This document shows, piece after piece, positions 12,355 to 27,070 of a stretch of 64,000 bases of DNA (the stretch's first letter is position 1; each line of letters begins with the position of its first letter). The DNA is from the human T2T-CHM13v2.0 reference genome, Homo sapiens, in assembly GCF_009914755.1 (NCBI RefSeq), contig NC_060927.1. One strand, 5' to 3'. The notes beneath the pieces are model-generated. The model ran no database searches and had not been told where the DNA came from. It saw only the letters and a list, made by a program, of their open reading frames with translations. Position numbers and translations under genes: made by a program.

Positions 12355-13010
12355 CACAGCAGAACCATGAGCCCAGGCTCTGGAGCCAAAGATCTGAATG
12401 AAATCTCATTTCCTCCGGTAATGAGCAAATGACCCCTGCTGTTTCTGCCTCATTTTTCCCATCTGTGAAATGGGGATAAGGTAGTACTGCTATGGTTTAG
12501 ATATGGTTTGTTTGGCTCCACCAAGTCTCATGTTGAAATTTGATCCTCAGTGTCGGAGATGGGGCCTAATGGGAGGTGTTTAAGTCACAGGGGCGGATCC
12601 CTCATGAGTGGCTAGGTGGCATCCTTACTGTAATGAATGAATTCTTGCTCCATTAGTTCCCTCAGAATTCTCACAAGAGCTGAGTTGTTAAAAAGAACTA
12701 GGCATCTTTCCACTCCTCCTCCCCACCACTTGTAATCTCTGCATACCAGCTCCCCGTCCCTTCCTGCTGTGAGTAGAAGCAGACTGAAGCCATCACCAGA
12801 AGCAAATGCTGTGAGCCGTGCTTTTTGTACAGGCTGAAGAACCATGAGCCAAATAAACCTTTTTTCTTTATCACTTGCGCAGCCTCAGGTATTCCTTTAC
12901 AGCAACACAAAAACGCACGAAGACAAGTACCTACCTCAGAGGTATTAGAAGGTTTACATAAGTTATTACATGAAGGTTACTTAGAACCTAGAAATCGTTA
13001 AGGCTCAATA
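12355..13010 (+). mobile_element. MIR split by an MST LTR
   Basis: ggctctggagcc ... catctgtgaaatggggataaggtagtac | ctacctcaga, continuous across the LTR. Confidence 0.8.
12488..12925 (+). mobile_element. MST (MSTB-like) MaLR solo LTR
   Basis: tgctatggtttagatatggtttg ... aataaacc ... aagaca; perfect 5-bp TSD agtac 12483-12487 / 12926-12930. Confidence 0.92.
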
Positions 13011-13049
13011 TTTGCAACATCTCTTTACTACTTTTGTTTTTCACATTGA

Positions 13050-13900
13050 ATTGTTAAGAATATAGGCTTTGAAGTAAACAGACTAGGACAAAATATTGTG
13101 TCCATCTTTCCCATCTGGTGAACCTGAGACAGGCATCTTCCCTGGCAGAACCTCAGTTCATTCATCTAAGCATGGACATGGTAGTTTTACATTTCCAAGT
13201 GTTGTAAGGATTATGAAAAGCTTCATACATGAATACTTCTATAGCAATGTCACTCAACAAATAGGAATCTTCCTCCCCATTCTGCTAGTATATTCTTCCT
13301 CAAATGCAGCTATTATCACAGTATGCATTCTAAGAACCAACCCTCAATGACTTCACAATGCCTGTGAGATAACATCCTGACTCTTTATACGGCAGACCCT
13401 CTACAATCTGGCTCCATTATACCTTTCCATAAAGATGTTCTGTACATCAAACACCCATTGTAGTCAAATCAGTCTATTCATCACCTGGAAACACAAGTGA
13501 TACAACCACCTCACCCTTTGTGCTTGCTGTAATTCTCCACTCTCTCCAGTCCTTCCTATCTGTATGAGCTCTGCATTTTCTAGGCTGAACTCAAATCACA
13601 GCTCTTCCATGGCATAAATGTGTATCATTCTATCCTGGCATTTTTCTTCATCTCTGAAATCCTGTAACTTTCATAGGCTATCTTTGAGTTTTTAGATGGC
13701 TTCGTTATTTCTTCTTGTATTGTGGTTTACCATTTGGAATCAGGTAGACTGTATTCAGATTCTGCTTTTTAGCTATGAGCCTTTGGGCAAATTACTTATT
13801 CTGTATGAGTTTCAGTGTGCACATTCACCAAATGTGGATAATAATAATGGTTAACTCCTAGGATGTTTGTGAGAATTGAAATAATATATCATTCTTAGCC
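13050..13900 (+). mobile_element. MIR (13050-13270), L2 fragment (about 13340-13620) and MIR (13730-13900)
   Basis: MIR cores cctcagttcattcatctaag and ctttgggcaaattacttattctg. Confidence 0.6.
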
Positions 13901-14799
13901 CAGTATAATCATTTAAATTTTTTTTTTAGTAAGCATTAGCTGGAATCATTGGTATTGTTTTTATTTTCTTATCTACCCTCAAACATTGAAAGTGTCTTGG
14001 AGCAGAAGTTGTATATTACATACTTTCAGAATCTCTCTACCATGGGGCCTTTTGCTTTAATTAATTTCTGCTATAATTAATTGCTCTATTATGCCATTTT
14101 CTGATTTCATCCAAGACACACTCTAAATGTATATGACGAAGAAGCAATCCCTGGTGACTAAAATGAGACTGCATTTTCTTTTGATACTGTCGCTGACCCA
14201 GGTAGCAAGCACAGGCCCTGCCAGTAACTGTCATAAAACTCTCATCTGGCACTCAGAGTGCTGCCTGCTCCTTAGAGGAGCAGAAAGTTGTCAGTAGGGC
14301 TGTAGTGCAAACAGTGTTGACCACGTTTTGTTGTTGGAAACATCATGTCCAAGGCAAGACCATATTTATAATGTTGCCATATGGCTTGAATACCAAGTTC
14401 ATCCCATTGCTCTCTCTAAAATACAGAGCATGAAGTACTCCTACTAATAGCACTCCACATTGAGATAAAAGCAATGATTTCTGTGTCTGAACCAATCTGG
14501 CGGCAGATTGAAGTTATATTTCTGCAACACCAATTACCTAGAAAAAACTTTGAAAAAAAAATAAAGCATTAGTCATCATTTTAAACATTTCCAAATATAC
14601 TGAATATCACTGCCTCCAAAAACTTTTTGAACTCACCTTATTCAGAGTCAGGAATGTTTGCTTCTTAATGTGAAACTTCCATCATTGCATCTCTCTAACT
14701 TCTGAATCTCTTCCCTTTCTGTGAAAATTATATGTGTATGTCCTACTTCTTGGCCATCTCCTTGAGAACAGGATCCATATCTGACTTATCCCCACGTCA

Positions 14800-15260
14800 A
14801 TATTAGTTATGACCCTTACAGTTGCCAATGACAGACAAACACTGGGATTTGCCTAAGGTAAAAAAGGAGGGGTGTTGATTTATTATAAGAATAAATGGAT
14901 GTCCTATAGAATCCAAGAGCAAGGAATATATCAAGGCCTTAGAAATAGATTGGAACCAGGTACTTGAACATTGTTAAAAATGTAAGACTCTTTTCTCCCT
15001 CCATGTCTTTTTTTTCTAGGACTCTAATTGACTCATCTCCCCAGGCAAACTGAATTTTTCTACTTCTCAGCCTATGTGGCTGCTATCAGCAACTCCTGAG
15101 TTTACATCTCTTCTATAAAGTGAGCAGTCCTGGTTGACAGGAATTGGTTATTCCCAGTTTCAGGTTACCAAGGAAGAGAATCTGGTTGGCACAGATAAGG
15201 TTACGTGCTCACTGCCAACCCAGTCAGTTGGTAACCATTACAAACCTATAAATGTGGAAG
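14800..15260 (-). mobile_element. Ancient MLT1-type MaLR LTR relic
   Basis: tattagttatgacccttacagttgccaatgacagac and gaatctggttggcacagataaggttacgtgctcac. Confidence 0.45.
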
Positions 15261-16572
15261 TGATTTCCTAGAAAACAAGATGTAGTTGTCTAAAAGTGTA
15301 AGAGGTCAGAGGTGAGGACAATTCACCTTTCCTATTACTGCACCTAATGCAATGTCTCCCTCTCAGGAATATCTTAGTAACTCAGGTGGTGAGAGAATGA
15401 ATATAATCTGAGTTTGCTGCTTGAACTTGATCCTGCATGAAGACATTTGTTTACGAGCCATCTATTCTCATTTTTACACTTCTGCACATATGATGTCTTA
15501 ATATGCCAGAAAGACATGGAGAAATAACATACATCAAAATAGCATGTTTTAGAACGTTGGACAGTTCTTCTCAAACCTGAAAATACCTGCATATAAAAGT
15601 GACCTTTGATGTGAAATTGAAAAATATTGTAAATATTAATTTAAGCTTCTCTAGGTGTCCAAAACATTTCTTCTTTTGATTTATATTTTCATAGGAATTC
15701 AAATACTAAGTGGTCATGCATTCGGGACACTGGTATTATTTTCTTTGAGTATTGTTTTCCTTTTTTTTTTTTTTAAGATTCTTTTTCCCCTCTCAGACTT
15801 GCATATGAAAAGTCTTTCCTTCAAAAGGTTGCTTTCTTTTCCCCTCAATCATTAGGTGGTGGCTGAATCTGTGATTAGGAAGAAAATGAAATATCATTTT
15901 GGTAAAATTCCTTTTGAATTGTTATAGATGTTTGATTATATAAGTTTAGATGTTGAGCTCACTGAAAACTTCTGGCTGCTGAGACATTTTTAGACCAGAG
16001 TACAAAATGAAGATGGTAACCAGGCAACATGGTTCTTCTATAGTTATTAAAAATAAAACGTGAAGCTTCTACAATGCACAATAATTTTCTGACAAGTTTG
16101 TCTGGCTTTCTTTCTGTCATTGCCTGGAGAAATGGGTAGGTGCCATTTGCTGAATTGATTAATAATTGATATGTGCTAAATACATTATTCTGTAAGATTA
16201 TGATTCTTGGACAGTTATATACACATGAAAGTGATTATGATAATTTGCTATAATTCCTAAAAAAACTTGCTTAGACATTTCTAAAAAAATTATATATTAT
16301 AAATGTATAATTGTATGTATTGTAATAGATACAATATCCACGATCTGTGGAAACATAAATTTCACCCTACATTCATTAGGATGACATCAAGCTGAAATAA
16401 TCATATGTATAATCTCTATGTAGCAGAATATTACTCATTAAATCTTGGAAAGCTTTCATACAATAAATGATGACATTCAAAGAATGGCAACAAGATTCGG
16501 TCAACTATGGCAAATGTACGTCCGTTATTTGATGTTTCCAAAGACGTGAACATGTGATATTATCTGAGTAAT

Positions 16573-16576
<4 letters not shown>

Positions 16577-16619
<43 letters not shown>

Positions 16620-16833
16620 TACACACACATTTTTACATATATATACACACATATATATGTGTATATATACACAAAAGAATGTATAGATGAGAATATCTGT
16701 GTATATATGTGTATATATGTGAATATATTTGTATATATAAGAATATACATGTGTATATATGTGAATATATGTATATATATAAGAATATGTGTGTGTGGAT
16801 GGATGGATAGATAGATAGATAGATAGATAGATA
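16577..16833. repeat. (AT)19 + AT/GT-rich compound repeat + (GATA)n
   Basis: Perfect AT run 16577-16614, degenerate gaatatatgtgtatatat units, then GGAT/GATA tetramers. Confidence 0.95.
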
Positions 16834-16944
16834 TGCTCAAATTAAGGGGACCTTGTCTCTCATGTTTCTGGTACTCCTTGGATAGCTCGTCCAGGGCTGT
16901 AAAATGGATATATGAGTGATGAAATTGCACAATCGTATAGAGTA

Positions 16945-17116
16945 GATATTCTTAACCCTGACAGCATATCTGAATCACCTGGGAAGCTAAAAACATGGAT
17001 GCTCAGGCCCAACAGTAGAATCTTTGATTCAGCTGGTCTGGTTTGGAGTCCAAGCAAACGTAATTTAAAAAATTCTATACTTAATTCCAGTGTGTAGACC
17101 AGGGTGTAAACTGTTG
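16945..17116. mobile_element. MER5 (hAT-Charlie)
   Basis: gaatcacctgggaagct ... gatgctcaggccc ... tgattcagctggtctgg. Confidence 0.8.
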
Positions 17117-18312
17117 TAAACATAAGTATTCTGCATATACTTCCTCTATGTCAGGGATAACTTCCTAGAAAGAGGGGCTCTATACAAATCAGTAGTTGTG
17201 GATTGTTACAGCACTCTCCTGGAGAGGAGCATTTGTAGGTAGGCATCAGGTCTTGGCAAGCACTCCTCTTGTAATCTAAAGGCTGTCTTCTAAGAAAGGC
17301 AGATCTCACTTGGGAATTCCCTGGTAGATTCTTGGTGATTGGTTTAGATTTCCCATGGTCTTCCCCAGCTAGTTAATTAGGCTGACAGCCTTTCTGAGAA
17401 CTAACCATCAGGCTTCTTCCTGGAAGTTGAGAAAGAAATAGAAATTAAGATGACATATTGGAGTTCAGGGAACAGAGAAAAGAAATTCTGGTGGATGACT
17501 GATCCTTTGAGGCCTGGCTTTTATAAAAAGGAGTTTAAAAATATAATGCCTTGGAATCTACCAATCCTACGGTAAGTGTTCAGCCATGGTTGGCAGCAGG
17601 AGCACAATACCAAGATGTGTGCTCCCTGGAATTTAGCATAGGGAAATAACAACTGTGTGTTCCAGATACTGTCCCTTTAAGATCTTGTCCATCTCTTCCA
17701 ACAGGAAGCATCTTGTTGGCCCAGTGGGAGATCATAGAAAGTTCTGAACTCTTTTGAGTCCTACATAAAAAAAAATAATAATAATAATGCAAACAAGATT
17801 AAGCCAAAGACACTCTATATATAATCAATAAAAAATGTTTGCAATACACCCTATTGGTCTTGGTTTTCTTGATAGACAATCTCTAACACCTACCATATTT
17901 CTTTTATGAAGATACTGAACATATTATATCAAGCTAAAGCACCATGTGTTTTTCTTTGGTGTCTTCCAAGAGAGCATATTGAACCGGAACTTCTATGAGA
18001 ACCAGAGAACAGTACATTTATGTTCAGTAGCTAAAATCCATGCAAAACACTTAAACCAAAGCTCTGGGCATAGTAGTCACCTACACAGTGGGAGATTTTG
18101 TTACTATTAATTAATTTAAATGTTTCTATCTGAGAATACCACTTTATATACAGTAAATTTTCAGGAATAATTTCTTGAAAATATGTCATATCAAGGATAG
18201 TATATAAGTTGTATGTTTTAAAAAGTCAGAAGAATATTAGCTTTTTAAAGCACCAAGCTAGAAAGAGGCTGGAGACCAGGTTTGTTAAGACTGAGTATTA
18301 TGATTGATTATT

Positions 18313-18466
18313 ATTTTATTTATTTTTATAATTGACACATAATACTTGTACATATTTTGGGGTACATAGTGATATTTTGATACACATTATATGTAGTGAT
18401 CAATCAGTAATTAGCATATTCATCCACTCAAACATGTATCATCTCTTTGTGTTGGGAAGATTCAAA
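18313..18466 (-). mobile_element. Short L1MA 3' end
   Basis: aattgacacataatacttgtacatattttggggtacatagtg; TSD attgattatt 18303-18312 / 18467-18476. Confidence 0.85.
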
Positions 18467-19192
18467 ATTGATTATTGATGTCTGCTATGGTTGTAGGGAG
18501 CGGTGACATGAGTATATTTACTATACCTACTTCGGATAGTTATAAATAATAGATTTATAGATTACATTTGTAAAAATTAGGTGTGTTTAGAAATAGGAAT
18601 TAACTTATCTTGGAGAACGGCTCTTGTACAAAATTTTACTATTTGCAAAAGACTGAATATTCTATTGAATGAGCATTTATTTTGGAGAGATAATACTTTA
18701 TATACATATTTTTTGTTTTATGTGGCATGTGTCTGTGTTTTGCTTTATAGATGTATAAGGAATTAAAAAACGTGAATGAGCTAAAAATAAAATATCACTC
18801 ATCATCTATTCATCACATCATCTAATATCAACAGTAGGTTATCACATCATCTAATATGTCAACAGTGTGTTATTACTATTGACACTGACATTCATTGTTA
18901 CTATTGACATTGATATTAGATAATGTAGTGAATATTATATATGTAATATTATATATATAATGGTAATACTATCAAAGTATTTTTAACTTTTAAAATATAA
19001 CATAAAAACACACATTTTTTTGGCTCCTAGAATACACTTCTGAATACTTTCTGTAGTCTGATGGCTGCATACTACTTCAACACATGTATTTAATCATGTG
19101 TTTTGGGGACATTTGCAGTGGTTTTACATTTTCATTGTTCTAGATAGTGCTCAAATGATTATCTTTAATAACTACTTTTAAAAGAATCTATC

Positions 19193-19529
<337 letters not shown>

Positions 19530-20489
19530 TCAAATGAATTGAAAACCCAGTTTCAAACATTATCAATATTTTGCTATCAGGCTTTAACTTTCTCTCCTGA
19601 ATTTTTGTTGTGATGGGGCATTTTAGATCAAAGCTGAGACATTATGTCTTCTTAACTAAAATATTTTAGAATGCATCTCACATTGCTATTCACATATCTG
19701 GTAAAACTAATAATTTTTAAAATCACCTAGTGCTTTAAATGCCTTTTCAAAAATGCATATCCTTTTTCCATTAGGATAAATACCTTGAAACATGTTGCTA
19801 GATCAAAAAATTTGCACATTTTTTATGGCTTTGGATATAGGTTGGCAAGTGCCAATATGTATTGCAGTCAAGATTGCACAATTTAGTGTGACAATTACAC
19901 TCACTGTTAGTAGAGGGAAAAAAGATATAAAAATATGGGATGTCATTAATACAGCATAGTGTGGAAGGAGGAAGGGTAGAAAGGCAAGAGATTAGAAAGG
20001 CAAGAAATTCTACCAACAACAATAAAAACCCAAGCCTGGAAGTAATGTTGTAATACCTGTGAGGGACCAGTGCTCTTGAGTAAAACCCTTACCACATTTC
20101 TGCACAGAACATTTAATCACTAAGGCAGGGGTTCAAGTTGGCATTGCCATGAGGTAGGGTAGAAGGAAGGATAGCAGGAGCCTCCACTGTGCGCTTATTT
20201 ATCACCCGTTCCACGCCCTGTGGAAGCAGCCTGTGGCCTCCAGGTAGATGCCTCTTCAAGTCTCACCTCCTAAATCATCCACTAGAGGGATGGTCATTTT
20301 ATGTTTCATTCTACTGACCTTGTGCATCTTGAGCAGCCTCAAAACAATATGTATGTGGGCCATTAAGCTCACATGACTGCACATAGCATAGGAAAATGAT
20401 AAGAGGCTTTCAAGGGTAGAGGGTTGTTACTTTACAGTGCCTGGAACTGATATTAAAACTGCTTACCTTAACAAAAGGAAAGGAACCTG

Positions 20490-21145
20490 CATTTACTGAA
20501 CCATTTTAAAATGTTGGTTTATCCTTCATACTGAAAATTTTAAAAATCATCTGTAAGGTATCCTACTATCCTTAATTTATAGATGAGGAAAAGTAGGTGC
20601 CGCTTTAAGTCGCATTTGGAATATGTGAAGAAATGAATGAATGAATGAAATAATAAGCAAATTAAAAAGTATAGTTTGATAGCAAAACAAAAGTGGCAGA
20701 AATGTAAGTGATAGACTTAGCATAAGTCAAGTTAAATAACATAGCCAGTAGTTGGCAGAGGCAGGATTCAAATTCAGGTCTATCTGACTGCAAAGCGAGG
20801 CTTTTCATGCATAGTTCCTAGTGTTAAAGTACAAAGTTTCTTAAATTTTTTGTTATTGTTCTCTCTTTTCCTCACCTTATATGTGTGTCTGAGATAATTT
20901 TCTATTAAGTTAGCTTACATTTACACACTTACATGCTGGACACTGTTCTAAAAACTACATATATTAGCACATCCGATAGTTAGAACAATCCTATGAAGTC
21001 TATATTATCATCGTCCCCATTTTATCAATTGAGAAACTTCGACCGGTTAGCTCATTTGCTCAAGGTCATCTAGCTAGTAAGTGTCGAAGCTAGGAATTGA
21101 ACCCTACAATTCTAGTTTCAGAGTCTGCTTTTAGCCGTTAAACTA
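20490..21145 (-). mobile_element. Two MIR elements (about 20490-20800 and 20915-21145)
   Basis: ttatagatgaggaaa, ggcagaggcaggattcaaattcagg, gctcaaggtcatctagctagtaag. Confidence 0.75.
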
Positions 21146-21829
21146 TCAATTTAATATGTATTGTTTATATCTATATTTATTCCCATATAAGTATATTCGG
21201 ATTACATAAATGCCCTTCTGTTTCCCAAGCAGTTTAAAGGGATAAAAAATGACAGGCACTCTGGTGTTATATAATATGCAACAGCCCTTTGGAGACATTT
21301 TGTGCAATAACATTGCAGACATTATTTCCTCTACCTCATCCATAAACACTTCCCGTGAGATTTTTGTTCTTTGTGGAATAATTTTCGTTGCAATAATTCT
21401 TATTTGTTTTCTCAAAAATAATGGCTGGTTTCCACCTCTCTCATCAATAGACACACCAAATAATTTGTGGGTGCATCTGAGAGCCTAGACTCCTCTCATT
21501 AGATCAATAATGATCTAGCCAAGCCGATTTACATGTCTTTAACTTCAATTTACATCAGTTAATATTGATAGGAACTGGAATGGGGAAGGAGAACTGAGTC
21601 CCTGGCCTCCAGGACCTCAAAGATTCTCAAGAGAGGCAGACAAGAAACTGACACCTGTAACACTGCGCAAATGCTAGCGGGGCTACCTGCGGAACATGTC
21701 CTGAGAGCGCAGCACATGGCATAGAGTCGAGGGTGCAGGACAGCTAGTTCCTACAACCATGCAAAATTCCCCATTTTGCAGACAGAAAACCCAAATGCAC
21801 TTGCTGTGGTTGAATCCATGCAGTGCTTC

Positions 21830-22858
<1,029 letters not shown>

Positions 22859-23247
22859 AACTTCCCTGTTTTTAGTTGCTTTTTCAAGGATATATTCTTA
22901 GAGGCCTGAAATAGTATTTCTCATTTCAGTGAAGTTTTTAGATTCCTCAAATTGCCTCAACAGCACATGAGAGAGATGCATTTCTCAGTGGTGGAAAGCT
23001 TGTGTCCACCCTGACAACCACGTACAGCTCAAAAATGAGAAATGTAGCCTAGGTTAAAGGCAGTCGGGTGGTGAGGAAATACTGTAAGCTGAAGAGCTCA
23101 GGCCTACCTAAAAGGAATATCTATTTTGTGAACACATGGAGTTGGGGTTCGGTGTTACTAGATCTTCTAACTTAATAAGCAAAACTAGAAATCTGGACTT
23201 TCAAGTAAAATCTTCTGGCTTTGAAGCTGATTTTAAAAGTATTTTGG

Positions 23248-23758
<511 letters not shown>

Positions 23759-23801
23759 CTAGTAAGGTATATACCACAACAGGATTTTTTATTTACTAAG
23801 G

Positions 23802-24276
23802 TGTATTCCTTTCCTAAGGATAACATAAAAAATGGCTACAAATTTGGTGCTTTAAAACAACAGAAATTTATTCTCTTACGGTTCTGGGGGCCAGAAATCC
23901 AAAGTCAAGGTTTCAGCTGGTGCCACTGCCCTCTGAAGGCTCTAGGCGGAGTAGCCTTTCCTGTTTCTTCCAGGTTCTGCTGGTTCCAAGCATTCCTAGG
24001 CTTGTGGCTGCAATACCCCATCTGTGTTCTTCTTCACATCTCCTTCTCGCCTTCTCCTGTGTGTCTCTCTTCTGTATGTATCTTATAAGGACTCTTGTCA
24101 TTGGATTTACAGCCCTCACGAATAATCCAGGATCATCCTGTCAAGAGATCCCTAAATTAATTTTATTTGTGATGTAACTTATTGCAATACAATATTAATA
24201 TATTTTCCAAATAATTCACAAGTTTAGGGGGTTAGGACATGGACATTTTTTAAGAGCCAAATTTAAACCACTGCCA
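23802..24276 (-). mobile_element. MLT1 (B/C-like) MaLR LTR
   Basis: aaaacaacagaaatttattctcttacggttctggggg ... taatccaggatcatc ... ggttaggacatggaca. Confidence 0.85.
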
Positions 24277-24299
24277 TAGGTTATATTATAGAAATATAA

Positions 24300-24915
24300 A
24301 AGGGCATGAAACAACTATGTAGGGTTTAAAAATAGTTATAACATTACCACCCAATCAAGAATACTAGCAGAAGGATAGATGCCCCAACACTCTGTTTCTG
24401 TCCACCATATGTCTGTCTCCTCTCTTGTACCACCAGAAATAATCTAATTTTTTTTAGAATATCCTACTTTTACTGTAATAATTTCAATGTTTTTCTTTGT
24501 AGTTGAACCACATATGACTGCCTCATTAAACAATGTGGCTTATTTCTGCCCAATTTTGAACTTTATGTGACATAAATGATACCGAATGCATTCTTTATTT
24601 TCTGGTTTGCACATTTGTTATGAGATTCATACATGTTTTTGTGAACAGCATTTTTTTCTGTGTATTTCATAGGCATTTGGGTTGTTTCAGATTGTAGTTA
24701 TTACAGGTATTACCACGCTACACATTCTTGAATGTATATTGTGGTACATGTGTGTAAACTTTCTCTAGTGCATGTACCTAGCAGTAGAATGGCTGGTTTT
24801 TGAAGAATGCATATTAGCAATGTTAGTAGATAATGCTGGCCTATTTTTTAAAATTTTTGTACTTATTTGCACTCTCAGCAACAGGGAATTCCTGTTTCTC
24901 ACCCTAATCAATGCC
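24300..24915 (-). mobile_element. L1ME-like 3' fragment
   Basis: gagattcatacatg, ggcatttgggttgtttc, tacctagcagtagaatggctgg. Confidence 0.65.
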
Positions 24916-25030
24916 TCTCTCTTCTCTCTTCTCTCCCCTCCCCTCCCCTTCCCAACATCACCTCTTTTCCCTTTTCTCTTTTTGCTCTCTCCTCTCTCCT
25001 CTCTCTCTCTCTCCCTCTCTCCCTCTTGTC
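24915..25030. repeat. CT-rich low-complexity polypyrimidine tract
   Basis: About 115 nt, nearly all C/T. Confidence 0.9.
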
Positions 25031-25950
25031 ATTTCCTTTTGTTCTTTTTATTAATTGCTTCATTCACTGATTCTGTTAGTGTCATATGCCTATGATGTGC
25101 CAGGAGCTTTATTTTTCTGAATCATTGGGCCATTCTTACTAAGAAGGAAGCAGACCCTCTGTTTATAGGCTGGTTGAAATGAAGCCTTGGGTGCCCCCTG
25201 GCACCTCGGCCAACAGAGATGTTCTAATCTCCAATACATGACTAGTGTTGAGAAGGCAGCCATCAGGACTCCTGGTCACTTTCTGGTTGCCACAGGAAGC
25301 GCCATCAATATCTGTTAGCTCCCATTATCCTGGCAGAGCAGACAGCTGTGTCCTCTGACCCCCTCTTGACATTCTGATAGGTTTCCCTTCATACCACACA
25401 CTTGCAAGAGCTTTTACTCTCTCTCACCTGGAAAGGTCACTTCCCAAATGAGACGCCTGGGATAATAATGTTTCTCTTGTTTTGCAGTCTCTTGTCTCAG
25501 CCACCAATTTCAAGGGGTGTTTGAGGGCAGCAACCCAGTTAAAAGAGGAAAGAACCAGATTGGTGTGGTCTTCACACCAGCTAAAGTCCATTTCATTTTC
25601 TCTATGTTGTTCTAAGTTTGCTTTCAAGATTACAGGAATATTGCTCAACATGTAACCAATGGGGCATTTGCTTCAGAAGCACCTGGAGATTAATTTTTGA
25701 AATTAAATTTATCTGTCTAATAAAAGGAACAATTTCATAATAAAAATACCATCTGCCCCTTATAAAAGAATGATCTTTTTCCTTTAACATGACTCTGATT
25801 CTGTTTCCAGCGAACCAAAACTCTGGCCTTGGTGCCTTGGTTTATATTTAAATACCTGACAATTTAACTAATAGTAATGCTATATGTGTTCAGATTACTT
25901 TTCTTCTTGGCTCTAGTAGAAAGTTTAGAAAAAAACCTCAATTCACTATG

Positions 25951-25973
25951 ACACACACACACACACACACACA
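25951..25973. repeat. (AC)n microsatellite
   Basis: Directly visible. Confidence 0.95.
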
Positions 25974-26929
25974 TAATTATATTAATAGAGTTATTCTAAT
26001 TTCTGCTTCTACCCCTGACTTTCCCTCTGTTCCACCTTGGTAACTGTATGTCTTGTATTGGACAGCCTATTCCTAAAACAAGATAGGTAGAATCTTTAGG
26101 TTGCAGGAACTACAATGACAGACCAAGAGTGACGGCTTGATGACTTCAGCCAGAGGGAAAACTTTAAACCATTCTGTATCAGAAGCTCCATAGCCATTAA
26201 TAAAGAAGAGCTATAGTGTGTGCCTAACCCAGAGAGCTGCCAAGTATATTCCAAGGCATTGTAAATACATGGCTACAACAAGATCTCTCTTAAAAACTTA
26301 AGTCTCTCGTGGACAATTTTATTCCTTGTGAGCGAAATTGAATAGAGGCAAACTTCAAGACTTAATTTATTTTTTGCCCTAGCTATAAGAATAAACAGAC
26401 TCTTAGATCCTGAAAGAATCTGACTCAGCTAAGAGGAGGCAAGTCAGCAAGAAGTAACTAAATGGAATAATATCCTTTTGACCTCTGCTTCTGCTGCTTT
26501 GAATTGTCTGAGAGGAGCTCCATTTTTGAAACTGGCTTTGGCTCAGGACTATCAGACTGTGTAGTGGGTTTTACCGTTTTGATTGACTTATCCATTCCAA
26601 TACCTGAACACATGATTGTTTTGCTCTTCTACCTGTCGAACCACCCAGTTGCCCTGTGGAATCAATAGCTGATACAGTAAGTTGGTGATGGAGCGTCTAG
26701 TAGAGAAAGAGAGGAAATGGCTTGGTAAGTGGGCCATGGAAGAGCTTCATAGCAGTAGTTGTTGACTGTTGGTGACTAAGACAATCTGCTAGGGAACTTG
26801 AAAATAATAATAATAATAAGACTCAGATACTGCCTACCTCAATGAGCTGGACTCTGTATTCTTTATCAACTCTCCAAATGATGCAATTCCCACCAAAATG
26901 TGAAACTCACTGCCCTATAGGATGGGTGT

Positions 26930-27070
26930 CAGAAACCAGGGTCTGGAATTAGGCAGATGTAGGTCCAAATTCTTCTCTAAGCCTTCATTTTTAACTTTAG
27001 AGTATGGATCTGAGACTACCTACTTCCTTTGGTTGATGTGACATTTTATGAGAAAATGTACATAAAATAC
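26930..27070 (+). mobile_element. MIR (deleted copy)
   Basis: ggtctggaattaggcagatgtaggtccaaat ... actacctacttc ... atgagaaaatgtacataaaatactt. Confidence 0.6.

Noticed and set aside
26615-26730. Further AG...GTAAGT pairs (e.g. 26649-26724)
   Set aside because: GTAAGT is expected many times per strand by chance in 64 kb, and there is no additional supporting feature.
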